Part shown: positions 18,117-29,032 of the stretch, one piece after another
Layout: each line of letters opens with the position of its first letter
Numbering within the stretch: the stretch's first letter is position 1
Source: a virus
Virus record (IMG/VR): IMGVR_UViG_3300005856_000023
Location: 1 to 64,000 of that record
Length of the DNA stretch: 64,000 nt
Direction: 5' to 3' (one strand)
Notes under the pieces: generated by a model
What the model was told of the DNA's origin: nothing
The model's database searches: none
What the model saw: the letters and a program-made list of their open reading frames with translations, nothing else
Made by a program: the position numbers and the translations under genes

Positions 18117-19673
18117 CTAAAGCATATCTTTGATTGATTTTACGAATTTATTCACATATTCTTGTTCCAAGCCAACTACATAATTTTGAACAAAATTTAT
18201 TGCTTCATCGCTATCCTCAACAACAATCAAAGATGCATTTTTTGCTTTATTAACAACAAGCATAACAATATCCAAAGGTAAATGTTGTCTCAATTTGTCT
18301 GATAACTCATTTAAAAACTTTAGTGAATATTTTCCTTTTAGTGATAGACCTCTGCTTCCATAACTGAACACAGGACCAACTATTAGATTGTATAGCAACA
18401 TACCAAAGATATGCGGTGCAATCGACTTTAATATTTTTTCAGCTTCACTTTTGTTTTTAGCCGCTTTCAATATCGATATTAAATCATTGTTAGTTAATGT
18501 TGCAGTTTTCCAAGCAACCATACCTGATATGTCTCGTAATGTTGTAAGATCAAGATTTGCTTTATAATCTTTCAACATACTTATTAACTCTGTTTTTATG
18601 ATATGTTCCAACATAGTTAACTTAACCTCTCCTCTACATATACGTTTAAACAGATCTATCAAATACTCATTCAAAAAGTCTGGATTTTGTCTATTCAAAA
18701 AGCCTGCTAGCTTATACTCATCAGTTTGAGAGTTATATAGGAAATATCTCTTCTTAACTCCTGTTCCAAATGCAGAGTCTCCAACAAATTCCAATTTAAC
18801 TTTTGGATAATGTGCTAGTACTTTTTGTTTGTATGTGTTTGTAACAAATCTATGAGCATAAGTGTAAACCAAGGGTAAAACACTATTATTCAAAACATCT
18901 TCATGCAAAATATCATATTTATCGTAAACAAAGAAGCTATCTGTATCGTTATACATTATGAATTGAGTATTTGCATCAAACTTTTTACGAGCGTTAATAA
19001 AATCATTTATATTGACAGACAAATCATTAATGTTTTTTGTTTGTATATAACGATTAATCAAAGCTGATGCTGTTAGAGATATATATTGTCCTGTTATTGT
19101 TATGGCTTCAGCAATGTATATATTATAGAATGGAAATGAATCTGTTCCGAAGACACCGTACATGCTATTCATTGCAAGTTTGGTTGCATTCTGTATGAGA
19201 TCTGCAACTTGATCGCCTTGCTTTGCCTTTGCCTTATATATATCTCTCATTTTAATCCATTCAACTAAAGTCTTTTCTAGTAAGATAGATAAGTGATTAC
19301 CATTTGTTAGTAACCCATTAGGAGTAACAATTATGTTTTTGTTTTGTATTAAGTTCAGTAAATCTTGTCCATTCATTTCATGATCGGTAAATTGTTTTGT
19401 TGTTATAAACCATTTGTATTTGACAATTTCATCATACAATCCAAACCAAAACAATGTTCCAAATATCCTACCTGCAAACCTACCTTTTGCAAAATTATTC
19501 CAATAGGATAAATCAGCTTCATTATTTGTTTCAATACATAACAATTCTTGCAAGTATTTCTCTTCGTTTTTTATGTTTGATCCTGATACAAATCCATGAA
19601 CATCTAGAATATTGTTTGCTACCATGAGATTTGGATATAGTGAATTTACGTCAAAAACTTTTATTGTTGGCAT
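18117..19673 (-). CDS. family B DNA polymerase, polymerase half only
   Basis: Begins at FDVNSLYP; KLAMNSMYG, YNDTDS and KKRY motifs; no exonuclease domain; own CTAAATTT-N6-ATG. Confidence 0.9.
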   Translation of the reverse strand: MPTIKVFDVNSLYPNLMVANNILDVHGFVSGSNIKNEEKYLQELLCIETNNEADLSYWNNFAKGRFAGRIFGTLFWFGLYDEIVKYKWFITTKQFTDHEMNGQDLLNLIQNKNIIVTPNGLLTNGNHLSILLEKTLVEWIKMRDIYKAKAKQGDQVADLIQNATKLAMNSMYGVFGTDSFPFYNIYIAEAITITGQYISLTASALINRYIQTKNINDLSVNINDFINARKKFDANTQFIMYNDTDSFFVYDKYDILHEDVLNNSVLPLVYTYAHRFVTNTYKQKVLAHYPKVKLEFVGDSAFGTGVKKRYFLYNSQTDEYKLAGFLNRQNPDFLNEYLIDLFKRICRGEVKLTMLEHIIKTELISMLKDYKANLDLTTLRDISGMVAWKTATLTNNDLISILKAAKNKSEAEKILKSIAPHIFGMLLYNLIVGPVFSYGSRGLSLKGKYSLKFLNELSDKLRQHLPLDIVMLVVNKAKNASLIVVEDSDEAINFVQNYVVGLEQEYVNKFVKSIKDML

Positions 19674-19724
19674 AAATGAAAATTTAGATTGGATGCAAAA
19701 AACAAACCGCCTAAATTTTTTTGT
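19674..19724. promoter_or_regulatory. divergent pair of CTAAATTT-N6-ATG elements (PolB / primase); example of the class
   Basis: Motif on each strand, exactly 6 nt from each ATG; no SD. Confidence 0.7.
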
Positions 19725-20723
19725 ATGCTAGAGGTTAGGAATATCTTCAACTACTATGTACATAAGCCTATTTATTACAAACAAAACCATATACTAATAC
19801 GGTGTCCTTTCTGTGGAGACAGTATTAAAAATGTTATGCATGCTCACTTATATATTGAACCAGATTTGATGGTATTTTGGTGTGCAAGATGTTATGAAGG
19901 TGGTTCGCTAGCCTATCTGCTAACCAAAATCAGAGACAGATTTTCAATTGATGTAAATCCGATAATAAACCAATTGCGTAGTGTTATAGTTAGTAATATT
20001 AGTTTACAAAAATCAAAACAAATAAACTTAGATACAACTTACGTTGAGATGCAAAAACTAAAACAAAAATTAAGTCAAGAATCTATTGCTAGGTATAGAA
20101 ATGAGCTAGAGTATTACTTCATCAAAAAGCAAATCAATATCAGTGAACATGTATTACATCAATTACCGATTGCTATGTATGACGTAGTATACGATTATTT
20201 GCTACCACATAAAGATAGATTGGATAATTCACTAGTCGTATTTACAATCGGTAATAGAGTAATTTACAGATATGATTATTTGAGTTTGTTACATAACTTC
20301 AAAACAGAAAAAAGGTTTATGAATCTCTATTTAGCAATAGGTAAAAGCTATCAAGCTCTACAATATAGTTTGTTTACATTGCTACCATACAGCTTTGATA
20401 GAAAGTTTTATCAATCATACAATCTAAGCAGAAAAAATTTACTACTTGTTTCCGAAGGATTAACTGATATGATATTGTATGCGGAACATTTACTAACAAG
20501 TGTAGATACACCAATAACTTGCTTAGTGTTAAATGGTAAATGGTATGAAATTATAAAAGACTTTGAACCTTTGTTTGACAATATTATAGTAATTGTTGAT
20601 AATGATGCTGCAACTAAAGCATACATAGCTGGTCTCAAGATAAACAGTAAACTAAGTTTTGTTATACCAGTTGCAGGTAATGATCTTAGAGAGAGTAAAA
20701 AATATCTTGAAGTAGAAATTTAA
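19725..20723 (+). CDS. DnaG-type primase (Zn finger plus TOPRIM)
   Basis: CPFCGD...H...CARC; LVSEGLTD and VDND. Confidence 0.8.
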   Translation: MLEVRNIFNYYVHKPIYYKQNHILIRCPFCGDSIKNVMHAHLYIEPDLMVFWCARCYEGGSLAYLLTKIRDRFSIDVNPIINQLRSVIVSNISLQKSKQINLDTTYVEMQKLKQKLSQESIARYRNELEYYFIKKQINISEHVLHQLPIAMYDVVYDYLLPHKDRLDNSLVVFTIGNRVIYRYDYLSLLHNFKTEKRFMNLYLAIGKSYQALQYSLFTLLPYSFDRKFYQSYNLSRKNLLLVSEGLTDMILYAEHLLTSVDTPITCLVLNGKWYEIIKDFEPLFDNIIVIVDNDAATKAYIAGLKINSKLSFVIPVAGNDLRESKKYLEVEI

Positions 20724-20739
20724 TGAGCACATTTTTTGA

Positions 20740-21633
20740 ATGATAGATTTAATACAACAAAACTATTCTAAATTGAAAGCAATAGAAGAGTTTAGTTTTA
20801 AACATATGCTTAGTTCATCAGCAGCTAAAGACTTAGTTGATAACTTAGTTGCAGAACAAAACAACATATATTTAAGCAAGATATACAATCATCTTATAGA
20901 TAACAACATATTAGTTATAACATATGACAGAGATTTGATTAGCAGAACTATAACATACTTTCTTGGTTTAATAGTTAGAGGTCCTATGGTTTTAGGTTTT
21001 CATAGTCCAGAGGATAAAAAGATTTATTTGTTGATAGATAACAACTACATAGTATCCAAGCGTACAAACCAACATATTAATAAGAGAATTATACAAACAT
21101 TGATACATGAAACTGTTCATTATTTTGCTACAGTAAAACCAAAAGAATTTTGTAAACAATTTGATACAATAATACAACGCTTCTTCAAACTTGTTTTCTC
21201 AAACATAGACCCTAGGTTGGAGTATTATAAAATTGCAGATAGTTATTATGATTTGTTATATAACAGTAGAAAACAAATCTTTACAAAAAGTTATTATCAG
21301 ACTTGGTTTGATACATTTATAAACTATGAGAGGGATGAAGTATTAAATGCTTTTGTTAAAGATTCACAGTATGATAAGGCATTTGACTACATGATTAAAC
21401 ATCCAGTTTATTTAAAGATTGTTGCTACACTCTATGTAGCAAATGGAAAAAGAGAAGCTATACCCTATTCTTTCTTTGCTGATATGTATAATGCCTATGT
21501 TAAGCTAACAGGTCAGTTAACAATTAACCTATACTATCAGGAGTTATTTTATCCCGATGAAGTAATATGTGTGCTATCAGAAGCAGATAAAAAGAGAGAC
21601 AATATATTACAAAAGTTGTTACACTTGATCTAA
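20740..21633 (+). CDS. putative zincin-like metallopeptidase
   Basis: TLIHETVH (HExxH); AGC-N11-ATG. Confidence 0.55.
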   Translation: MIDLIQQNYSKLKAIEEFSFKHMLSSSAAKDLVDNLVAEQNNIYLSKIYNHLIDNNILVITYDRDLISRTITYFLGLIVRGPMVLGFHSPEDKKIYLLIDNNYIVSKRTNQHINKRIIQTLIHETVHYFATVKPKEFCKQFDTIIQRFFKLVFSNIDPRLEYYKIADSYYDLLYNSRKQIFTKSYYQTWFDTFINYERDEVLNAFVKDSQYDKAFDYMIKHPVYLKIVATLYVANGKREAIPYSFFADMYNAYVKLTGQLTINLYYQELFYPDEVICVLSEADKKRDNILQKLLHLI

Positions 21634-21643
21634 ATTTTTTTGC

Positions 21644-23236
21644 ATGAGTAATTTGACATATAAACCGACACAGTTATTAACTGCTACTATGTTATGCGTT
21701 CCATTTCTAAGATTTAATGATCCAAATAGATTGCAGATGGCTTCCAACCATCTAAGACAATCTCTACCTTTGATTAATGCTGAAATTCCGAGGATAAGAA
21801 CTGGATTTGAGAATGTAATTGTTAAGAAAGCAGAAAGTTTTTACATTGAGACAAATACTTTTGAGAAAATTGATGAATTTATAGTTAAAACAGATGAAGG
21901 TTTGAAGTTTAATGCTATGTTTTTAAAATATGATGAGAAATTAAAAGTTGCATACAATCCTTATCATATATGTTTTGTCAGAGATATTGTTAGTGGTGGT
22001 TGGTGTCCTGAGCTCAAACTTGGAGTAAATGCTTTAGTTGGTTATATGTCTTACTATGGTTTCAACTATCAAGATGCAGTAGTAATATCTGAATCTTTTG
22101 CTAAAAGACTAAAACATATCGAGAGAAAAGTATTTGTTATTAGATTGCCTGCAAATAGTCAATTGAAACATATCAGTAGTAATGACAATACTATTAGTTT
22201 GATACCAATACCAGGTAAAACATACAATACACTAATATCCTATGAGTATATTGAAGCAGGTGTATTACAACGAAAACAAATTAATGTTGACAATTTGCTT
22301 GTAGTTGATGTAAGAGTTAAAGCTCTACCAAATTACAGATTACCTGCATCAGTAACAGAATTCATCAAGAAAGCAAAGAAACCATTCAAACTAGCAAAAT
22401 TAGAAACAGAACCTACACAAAAATATCCTATTGTTATACAAATAGTTGGTTATGTTACCAGAGAAGCAACTATAGGAGATAAACTAACAAATAGACATGG
22501 AAACAAAGGAGTCATTGGCTTGATTGTTCCTGATGAAGAAATGCCCAAGACAAAAGACGGAAAGATATTAGATATATTGTTCTCTCCTCTTTCTGTTCCA
22601 TCCAGAATGAACCTAGGCCAATTAATGGAAAATTTGCTTGCAAAAATTGTCGTTAAGGTTGAGCAACAGGTATTAGATTTGCTTAATAGGAATATGAGGG
22701 ACAAAGCTCAAAAACTGTTGCTAGACTTTTTAAAGAGAGTTGAAAAGCGAAGTTCATTTCATCATTTAATTGATAGTGTTTTAACTAAAAGATGGGATTT
22801 ATTGGAGTATAACCTAACAAAATATGGATTGAGCATCATACAACCACCTTTTAGTGAATTGAATGCAGAAGAGATAAAACAACTAGCCAAAGACTATAAT
22901 GTCAAGGAAACAGAATATGTTAGAGTAGACAATTATGATGTTACCATCAATGTGGGTTATCAAACTATATTAAAACTAGAACATTTAGCATCAAGCAAAG
23001 TAACAGGAGCAGGTCTAACAAACAATGAATACACTAATCCACAAAGAATCGGAGAAATGGAAACTTGGAATATCATTGCTCACGATTATGATGAAATTAA
23101 GAGATTATTCCGCAGAAGTTATGAATTTGAAAAACTATCCTACTATAGTGATAAGTTTGGCTTTGATAGTTATATATTCAAACCTGATGTAAATAATGTA
23201 TATCAAGTTTACAAGAAAGTTTTGTTCAATGAGTGA
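21644..23236 (+). CDS. RNA polymerase beta-like subunit, C-terminal half
   Basis: PFLRFNDPNRLQMASNHLRQ, GFNYQDAVVISES, GDKLTNRHGNKGVI, PSRMNLGQ, KLEH and QRIGEME motifs. Confidence 0.93.
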   Translation: MSNLTYKPTQLLTATMLCVPFLRFNDPNRLQMASNHLRQSLPLINAEIPRIRTGFENVIVKKAESFYIETNTFEKIDEFIVKTDEGLKFNAMFLKYDEKLKVAYNPYHICFVRDIVSGGWCPELKLGVNALVGYMSYYGFNYQDAVVISESFAKRLKHIERKVFVIRLPANSQLKHISSNDNTISLIPIPGKTYNTLISYEYIEAGVLQRKQINVDNLLVVDVRVKALPNYRLPASVTEFIKKAKKPFKLAKLETEPTQKYPIVIQIVGYVTREATIGDKLTNRHGNKGVIGLIVPDEEMPKTKDGKILDILFSPLSVPSRMNLGQLMENLLAKIVVKVEQQVLDLLNRNMRDKAQKLLLDFLKRVEKRSSFHHLIDSVLTKRWDLLEYNLTKYGLSIIQPPFSELNAEEIKQLAKDYNVKETEYVRVDNYDVTINVGYQTILKLEHLASSKVTGAGLTNNEYTNPQRIGEMETWNIIAHDYDEIKRLFRRSYEFEKLSYYSDKFGFDSYIFKPDVNNVYQVYKKVLFNE

Positions 23237-23263
23237 TCTTTTTTTATTACAGCACAAATGTAG

Positions 23264-23929
23264 ATGCATATAACAGAAGTAGTTGAGTATGTAAAAGGTA
23301 TGCTAACAGGCTATGCAATTGATTTGGAGATAGATGATCAACAAATACAGAACATCATAAAAAATAGTGTCATATCGATACTAAACCAATATGTTCCTCA
23401 AGTTAAAATCAGAACAATACCTCGAGCAAATTTTGATAATACAACTTGGACTGTGGAATTACCTGAACAACAAGTTGTTAATATATTACATGTTAGCACG
23501 AAGCCATTTCCTCTGTATCCGTTAATATTGGCTAATCAACAAAGTTTGATAACTGGTCAGGAATTTACTTTGAATAGAATTATAGATAGTTACTCCTATA
23601 CATTTGATATTAGATTTAGTTTCATACCTCCAAACAAATTACAACTATACGGTCAACCAATATCTGATATAGTTGTAATGTATAGTTGCAGTTACAAAGA
23701 TGATTTATCTGATGTTCCGAACAGTCTTGAATATTTGGTTAAAGCTCTTGCTCTCGCAAACATTAAAATAGCAATAGGCAATATACGTACAAAATATCAA
23801 AGTTTTGACACTCCATTTGGAAGCATAACACTTGCATATGATATAAAACAAGAGGGTATGGATGAACTGAGAACAATAATAGAGGAATTGAAATTATCTC
23901 CTCCACCTATACCCGTTATAGTAGTGTAA
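23264..23929 (+). CDS. neck/head-completion protein (T4 gp13-like)
   Basis: N-terminal YVKGMLTGYAIDLEIDDQQI and C-terminal ALANIKIAIGNIRTKY...EG..EL pattern. Confidence 0.65.
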   Translation: MHITEVVEYVKGMLTGYAIDLEIDDQQIQNIIKNSVISILNQYVPQVKIRTIPRANFDNTTWTVELPEQQVVNILHVSTKPFPLYPLILANQQSLITGQEFTLNRIIDSYSYTFDIRFSFIPPNKLQLYGQPISDIVVMYSCSYKDDLSDVPNSLEYLVKALALANIKIAIGNIRTKYQSFDTPFGSITLAYDIKQEGMDELRTIIEELKLSPPPIPVIVV

Positions 23930-23958
23930 GGATAGCAACTTATCTAAATTTATATTAC

Positions 23959-24366
23959 ATGAGTTCTTTTGCTTTAAGACCAGGATTTTACACGATTGTT
24001 AGAGATCGTGAGAGTGGTAAATTTGGTTTATGTGCACCATTCACTGTCAGGAATATTGTATTACCTCTAAACATTAATCAATATAAAATCCATTTCATAA
24101 CAAGATTTGATGAAAACAAACACGAAAAAATAATGGAGATATTTGTGATAGATGAAGAATTAGAGAAACAATTGGAAAACATGTCTCCATATGGTGTTTA
24201 CATTATACAGGATACAGAAACAAACCACTATGGCTTAAATGTACCCTTTTATTTTAGATATGAAACTCCATTTCAATTAAGAGTTGATGAAGAGATATAC
24301 ACTATCGCATTCATACGCTATGGTAAAATAAAAGATAAAAAATACAAAAAAGTAAGAAGAATATAA
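23959..24366 (+). CDS. hypothetical protein with an internal two-fold repeat
   Basis: PGFYTIVRDRESGKFGLCAPF versus PYGVYIIQDTETNHYGLNVPF; CTAAATTT-N7-ATG. Confidence 0.7.
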   Translation: MSSFALRPGFYTIVRDRESGKFGLCAPFTVRNIVLPLNINQYKIHFITRFDENKHEKIMEIFVIDEELEKQLENMSPYGVYIIQDTETNHYGLNVPFYFRYETPFQLRVDEEIYTIAFIRYGKIKDKKYKKVRRI

Positions 24367-24381
24367 AAAACTCTTTTTTTG

Positions 24382-25404
24382 CTAGGCTAGGTTTGTGGAT
24401 AATAACACTACTAACAAATCTCTGTATAACGGATGACTCTCATTAAGATATGTAGATAGGTTATTTGATAGCTCATTTGCAAAAGTTGTTAATCTATTAT
24501 CTTCTATGTCAAATGAAGTTGTGTAGTATATGTACGCTCTTGGATTAGTAGCAAACAGTGTAGCCAGAAATTCAATTAACTGCTTTGAGACATTACCAAA
24601 TGTTATAGTTATTCCTGATGGCGTATTTGTTAGCAATGCTTCCAAGGATTGTAAGTATTGATCTCTTGTAATGGTAGGCTGTATCGTTTCAGGTAGAATA
24701 GCAATTCCTACTAGTAAATCCTTAACTCCGTTTATAGCGTTATCGCAATATGGAGACTGTATTAGGTTAGTGTAAACATGATCATAAAATCCTATTGTAT
24801 CCAATAGATTTCTACAAGAACCACCTGTAAAACACTCAGGCCTGTAAACTTGTGAACTAAAACAAATTGCTGTTTCTACATTATCACTTGTACATATGAT
24901 TGTATCTGTATGTATCGTACAGGTTTGTTCTTTGTATTCCGAAAATCTGTTATTAATCTCATATAGCATCAAGTATAAAATTTTGTAAATAGTTGCCATC
25001 TGTTTATTATGTTGTTCAATATAATCTAGCAAATCATAAACATATTTATCTACTCTTTGTGGACTAAAACAAATTGATGTTTCTACATTATCATTTATAC
25101 ATATAAATGCACCCGTATGTATGGTATAGGATTGTTTTAGAAAATCATAAAATTGTTTTTTGTATTCCAAAAATCTGTTATTAATCTCATAGACCGAATC
25201 ACAAATTGTACTCATACTGTTTGTAGAATCCAAGCAAATATTATTGGTAAAACCTAAATGTAAAAGGAAAAGTTCGTCTTTTTGATTGTTATATAGTATG
25301 TTCTCAATTAAAACAGAACAATCAATATTATCTGAGTCTTCATTACTACAACTTGAACAATATATATTTCTAATCAAGTCAACTATATAAAAATATTGCT
25401 TCAT
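24382..25404 (-). CDS. Cys-rich hypothetical protein with an internal duplication
   Basis: YEINNRFxEYK...TIHT...DNVETxICFS occurs twice; AGC-N10-ATG. Confidence 0.7.
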   Translation of the reverse strand: MKQYFYIVDLIRNIYCSSCSNEDSDNIDCSVLIENILYNNQKDELFLLHLGFTNNICLDSTNSMSTICDSVYEINNRFLEYKKQFYDFLKQSYTIHTGAFICINDNVETSICFSPQRVDKYVYDLLDYIEQHNKQMATIYKILYLMLYEINNRFSEYKEQTCTIHTDTIICTSDNVETAICFSSQVYRPECFTGGSCRNLLDTIGFYDHVYTNLIQSPYCDNAINGVKDLLVGIAILPETIQPTITRDQYLQSLEALLTNTPSGITITFGNVSKQLIEFLATLFATNPRAYIYYTTSFDIEDNRLTTFANELSNNLSTYLNESHPLYRDLLVVLLSTNLA

Positions 25405-25437
25405 GTTGGTAGTTGCTTATTGATTAGCACAAAATTT

Positions 25438-26250
25438 ATGCTTGCGCAGCAAAAGCCAATATCATCTAAGCTAAGAAACAAGCTATTGGTATTGATAAAT
25501 AGATTAGGAATGAGAAGTTTGAACGATCTCATACTAAATCAAAAAATAAACAAGAAATTTTACAAGTATGTATTTGACATACATGTTAATGCAAACGATA
25601 TTAGTGAAACTCTTGTTAACAATCTATACACAAACATAAAGCAATTTTATGCAAAACATGGATTAAACATAACTTTAAATAGTTCAGATATTGCGACTCT
25701 GATAGGACTTAGGGCTGGAACCTATGCAACCTTAAAGCTTATTAAACAAAAAGTTTTGTTTGATGAAAATTATGCTCAGATAAAACCTAGTTCTGATGTG
25801 ACAATAGATAGTTTTATAGAATCTGTTATTACAACAAAGGATTACAATATATCTTACTTCTTACTGTATTTGGATTATACACCTGATGATTTATTAAATT
25901 TGTTGCTAGATGGTATTAACATACTTACAAAAGCAAACAAGTATGATAGCGATTACAATTTTGCTGCTGCAACAATGATTTTGTATATATCCATGATTGT
26001 TAAAACTATGCGTGATAGTTATAATAGATTGGTTAGATCGTCTCCACTGTATGGAACAATATTGTATTTATCCTTCATGATAAGATATTATGTTATATTA
26101 TTGGATTTGAGAAACAATTTAAAAAGTATAATGACGAAAATTAGTGACACTGAAATAGAGGGAACAACATTAAAGAAATATGAACAAATAAAACAGGATT
26201 ATCTCAGATTTCTAATACAACCCACAAAAATTTATCCATCAAACATGTAA
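25438..26250 (+). CDS. hypothetical protein
   Basis: AGC-N9-ATG at 25438, back-to-back with the start at 25404. Confidence 0.7.
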   Translation: MLAQQKPISSKLRNKLLVLINRLGMRSLNDLILNQKINKKFYKYVFDIHVNANDISETLVNNLYTNIKQFYAKHGLNITLNSSDIATLIGLRAGTYATLKLIKQKVLFDENYAQIKPSSDVTIDSFIESVITTKDYNISYFLLYLDYTPDDLLNLLLDGINILTKANKYDSDYNFAAATMILYISMIVKTMRDSYNRLVRSSPLYGTILYLSFMIRYYVILLDLRNNLKSIMTKISDTEIEGTTLKKYEQIKQDYLRFLIQPTKIYPSNM

Positions 26251-26253
26251 AAT

Positions 26254-26469
26254 TTATACTACATTTTCGTCTTCAACAGGAACAAGTATTATATCTGCCA
26301 TAATCGCTTCACAATTATTCTTTTCTTCTTCATCTAACTCAATAATTTCTCCTGGATATATGTAGTTGAGTTTACGAATAGGATTATCTTCTTTTACATC
26401 TAGCATGCTAACCAATATTGGTAGAATTGATCCACTTTTACGATTGATGATATATTTTTGTCTATGCAT
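26254..26469 (-). CDS. small hypothetical protein
   Basis: 71 aa; AGC-N11-ATG. Confidence 0.6.
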   Translation of the reverse strand: MHRQKYIINRKSGSILPILVSMLDVKEDNPIRKLNYIYPGEIIELDEEEKNNCEAIMADIILVPVEDENVV

Positions 26470-26509
26470 TGTAAATAAATGCTAAATAGGTAAAAAAGCT
26501 AACAAGATT

Positions 26510-28186
26510 ATGGCTTCATTGCAAGCAAGTGATCTAGTGATAGCTTACAATGTTGGGAAAATATTTAAAAATGTCAAAATATACACTAGCAAACAAGAAG
26601 TTGCTCTTACAGATGATGTAGATATATTGGATGTATTACTTGAACAAACATCTAGTAATGCAACAGTATATATAAAAGATGTAGCTATAGGTAAAACCAG
26701 TATACCCGTTTCTGATATTAGAGTAGAGGTAGAAGGTAATGTAAATAGAGTTGTTACATTTAAAGACGAAAATCAAGTTAAGGAAATACAAACAAAGCTA
26801 GCAGATTCAATTAACCAAAATCCAAATGGTAAAATTAAAATGATTTTTAAGGAACCAGAAAGAAAAGTCGAAGTTTATTATAACGATCAACTTATATCAG
26901 AGGGTAGATTAATATCAGTAAATCCAGTTAGCTTAGTTAGCAAAGGAAATGCTGTTAAAGAGTTTGCTCAGGAATTTGATTTTAGCGAACAACAATTAAA
27001 CGAAGGTAGTGGAATAGTAGCTATAAAGAAGGAAGATCAAAGTGTTATATTGGTGTTTGATGATGGTGAAGAAGTAAAAGTTGATAGGATAACCTTTGAG
27101 TTTATGAAGCCAATAATAATTGGCGTAAAACAGGAACAAGAACAAACAGGAAATCAAAATAATAACATATCAAATCGTGGTAAAGGATCAATCATAGTTG
27201 GTGCACTAAAGCTTCCTGTAGTTATATTCAAAGTGGCTATAACTAATCTTTTCAGAGTTCTACGAGCTGTTATAACCAATAAATTCCTGCTAGTGTTTCT
27301 GCTTGGTGCAGGTTTAAGTATAATACTACTTAAATTTGTCATTCCTTATATTACTTCAATTGAAGGAGTTGATCAAGTTTTAGGAAAAGTTTCATCTACA
27401 TTCAAATCTATTATTAGTCATCTTGGTATTGGAAAGGGAATTGAAGAGACAACAACATCAGCAACATCAGATTTTATACGTGGTCAACAATCAATGCAAC
27501 TTACACCTATAACTCCACCTGCTGATACTACAACTCAAACATCTCAAGTAAGTGAATCAGCTATACTTCCAAGAATAGCTATTGGTGCTGGTATAGGATT
27601 AGTTATAGCCTTTGCAATAAGAAAGTTGCTTAATAGTAAAAACAATTTAAAACAGGAATCTATTGAGCAAATAGTTAAAAAAGAGTATACTGTTCCTTCA
27701 GCAGTTATTCCAGATTTTAATACTGTTGCAAGTTCTAATCCGAATTTAGCCTTAGTTATAAGTGTACTCTGTTTGTATTCAATCCTCTGGGTCGGACACT
27801 ACATACTTGATAAATTTGGACAAGGTTTTCTATCAGGTATTTTATCGATTTTAAGTGTATTATCATTTATTGGCTTTATAGTAATTATAGCTTACGCAAT
27901 GTCTGGTGGAAAGCTAGACACTACTAATACCATTCTTACGATAGTAAAAACTGGCTATCAGGTTATGAAATTTATATTCAATGGTGTTGCTTATTTATTT
28001 CAGCATTTCGGACAATTACCAGGACTTATACAATTCATAGCGGTATTTTCAACAGGAGTATTTCTACTTGTTGCTTTCACACGTATAAGATCAATGCTAA
28101 CAGGGAGTAATGTTATCACTATGGTAAACAGAGTTAGACAAGGACCAACAGTTCAAGATGCAGCTCTAGCCTATCGTGCAGCATAA
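26510..28186 (+). CDS. protein with a soluble N-terminal domain and a multi-pass hydrophobic C-terminal half
   Basis: Five or more hydrophobic segments after ~aa 225; AGC-N10-ATG. Confidence 0.75.
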   Translation: MASLQASDLVIAYNVGKIFKNVKIYTSKQEVALTDDVDILDVLLEQTSSNATVYIKDVAIGKTSIPVSDIRVEVEGNVNRVVTFKDENQVKEIQTKLADSINQNPNGKIKMIFKEPERKVEVYYNDQLISEGRLISVNPVSLVSKGNAVKEFAQEFDFSEQQLNEGSGIVAIKKEDQSVILVFDDGEEVKVDRITFEFMKPIIIGVKQEQEQTGNQNNNISNRGKGSIIVGALKLPVVIFKVAITNLFRVLRAVITNKFLLVFLLGAGLSIILLKFVIPYITSIEGVDQVLGKVSSTFKSIISHLGIGKGIEETTTSATSDFIRGQQSMQLTPITPPADTTTQTSQVSESAILPRIAIGAGIGLVIAFAIRKLLNSKNNLKQESIEQIVKKEYTVPSAVIPDFNTVASSNPNLALVISVLCLYSILWVGHYILDKFGQGFLSGILSILSVLSFIGFIVIIAYAMSGGKLDTTNTILTIVKTGYQVMKFIFNGVAYLFQHFGQLPGLIQFIAVFSTGVFLLVAFTRIRSMLTGSNVITMVNRVRQGPTVQDAALAYRAA

Positions 28187-28210
28187 TATTTTTTTGTTAG
28201 CACCAACTAA

Positions 28211-29032
28211 ATGGAGAAAAAAGCGAAAGCTTTGCAATTCATAGCCTATCTAACAGAGCTTACAAGATATTATCCTTATAGATTTGCTTTGATATATAAT
28301 CCTCTACTTAAAAAATATATCGAAGATTATTTTGGAAAAACAAAAATCGGCACAGAATTTGTAGAAGCAAGAGGAAATATTTTAGTCAGTAAAACAGGTA
28401 TCTTAACACCATACTACTTTAAAAACAATTATTTGCTTTGTCCTATATTCTCTAATATAAGTTTTGCACTCGATGATAAGAGTTTGCAAACTATAGATAT
28501 GTTGACTCATGCTGGAAACTATCAATTACCATATCTAACTAACTTAGCAGGAACTATATCTATCTCATATCTTGAAATGATGAACCCTGTTGTATCAAAA
28601 ATACATAGCTTATGGTTTTCTTTTGTTCAACAGGCAAGTTATGACTCCTATAGTGCTCTTGAAATTCCCTATGGACATATATTTATATTTACAACAACTC
28701 CAGATTTAAAATCTCCTTTATCAGGTATGCTTTTGTTGGGAGCTATTCCAAGCAGAGATCCTATAACTAACATACTGCAAGGCAATATAGCAGATAACAC
28801 ATTAGTTGAGGTGCAAGTTGAGTATATGTATAGAAGTTATCGTAGGTTTTATATATCTGATCAAGTTATCTCTACTATATATGACCCAGTTGATCAAATA
28901 CTTGATGAAGATGTAGCAAATACTACTGTTTACAAATCTATATATGCAATCAAAAAATTAATTGATGCTTTTATACTAACAGATGATATTTTCTGGTTAG
29001 GAGCTCTTACCAATACCTCCAATGCTCAGTAA
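28211..29032 (+). CDS. tail tube-like / tube initiator protein
   Basis: GTISISYLE...W...IFIFTTTPD...GAIPS...VEVQVEY pattern parallels 56974-57633. Confidence 0.55.
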   Translation: MEKKAKALQFIAYLTELTRYYPYRFALIYNPLLKKYIEDYFGKTKIGTEFVEARGNILVSKTGILTPYYFKNNYLLCPIFSNISFALDDKSLQTIDMLTHAGNYQLPYLTNLAGTISISYLEMMNPVVSKIHSLWFSFVQQASYDSYSALEIPYGHIFIFTTTPDLKSPLSGMLLLGAIPSRDPITNILQGNIADNTLVEVQVEYMYRSYRRFYISDQVISTIYDPVDQILDEDVANTTVYKSIYAIKKLIDAFILTDDIFWLGALTNTSNAQ

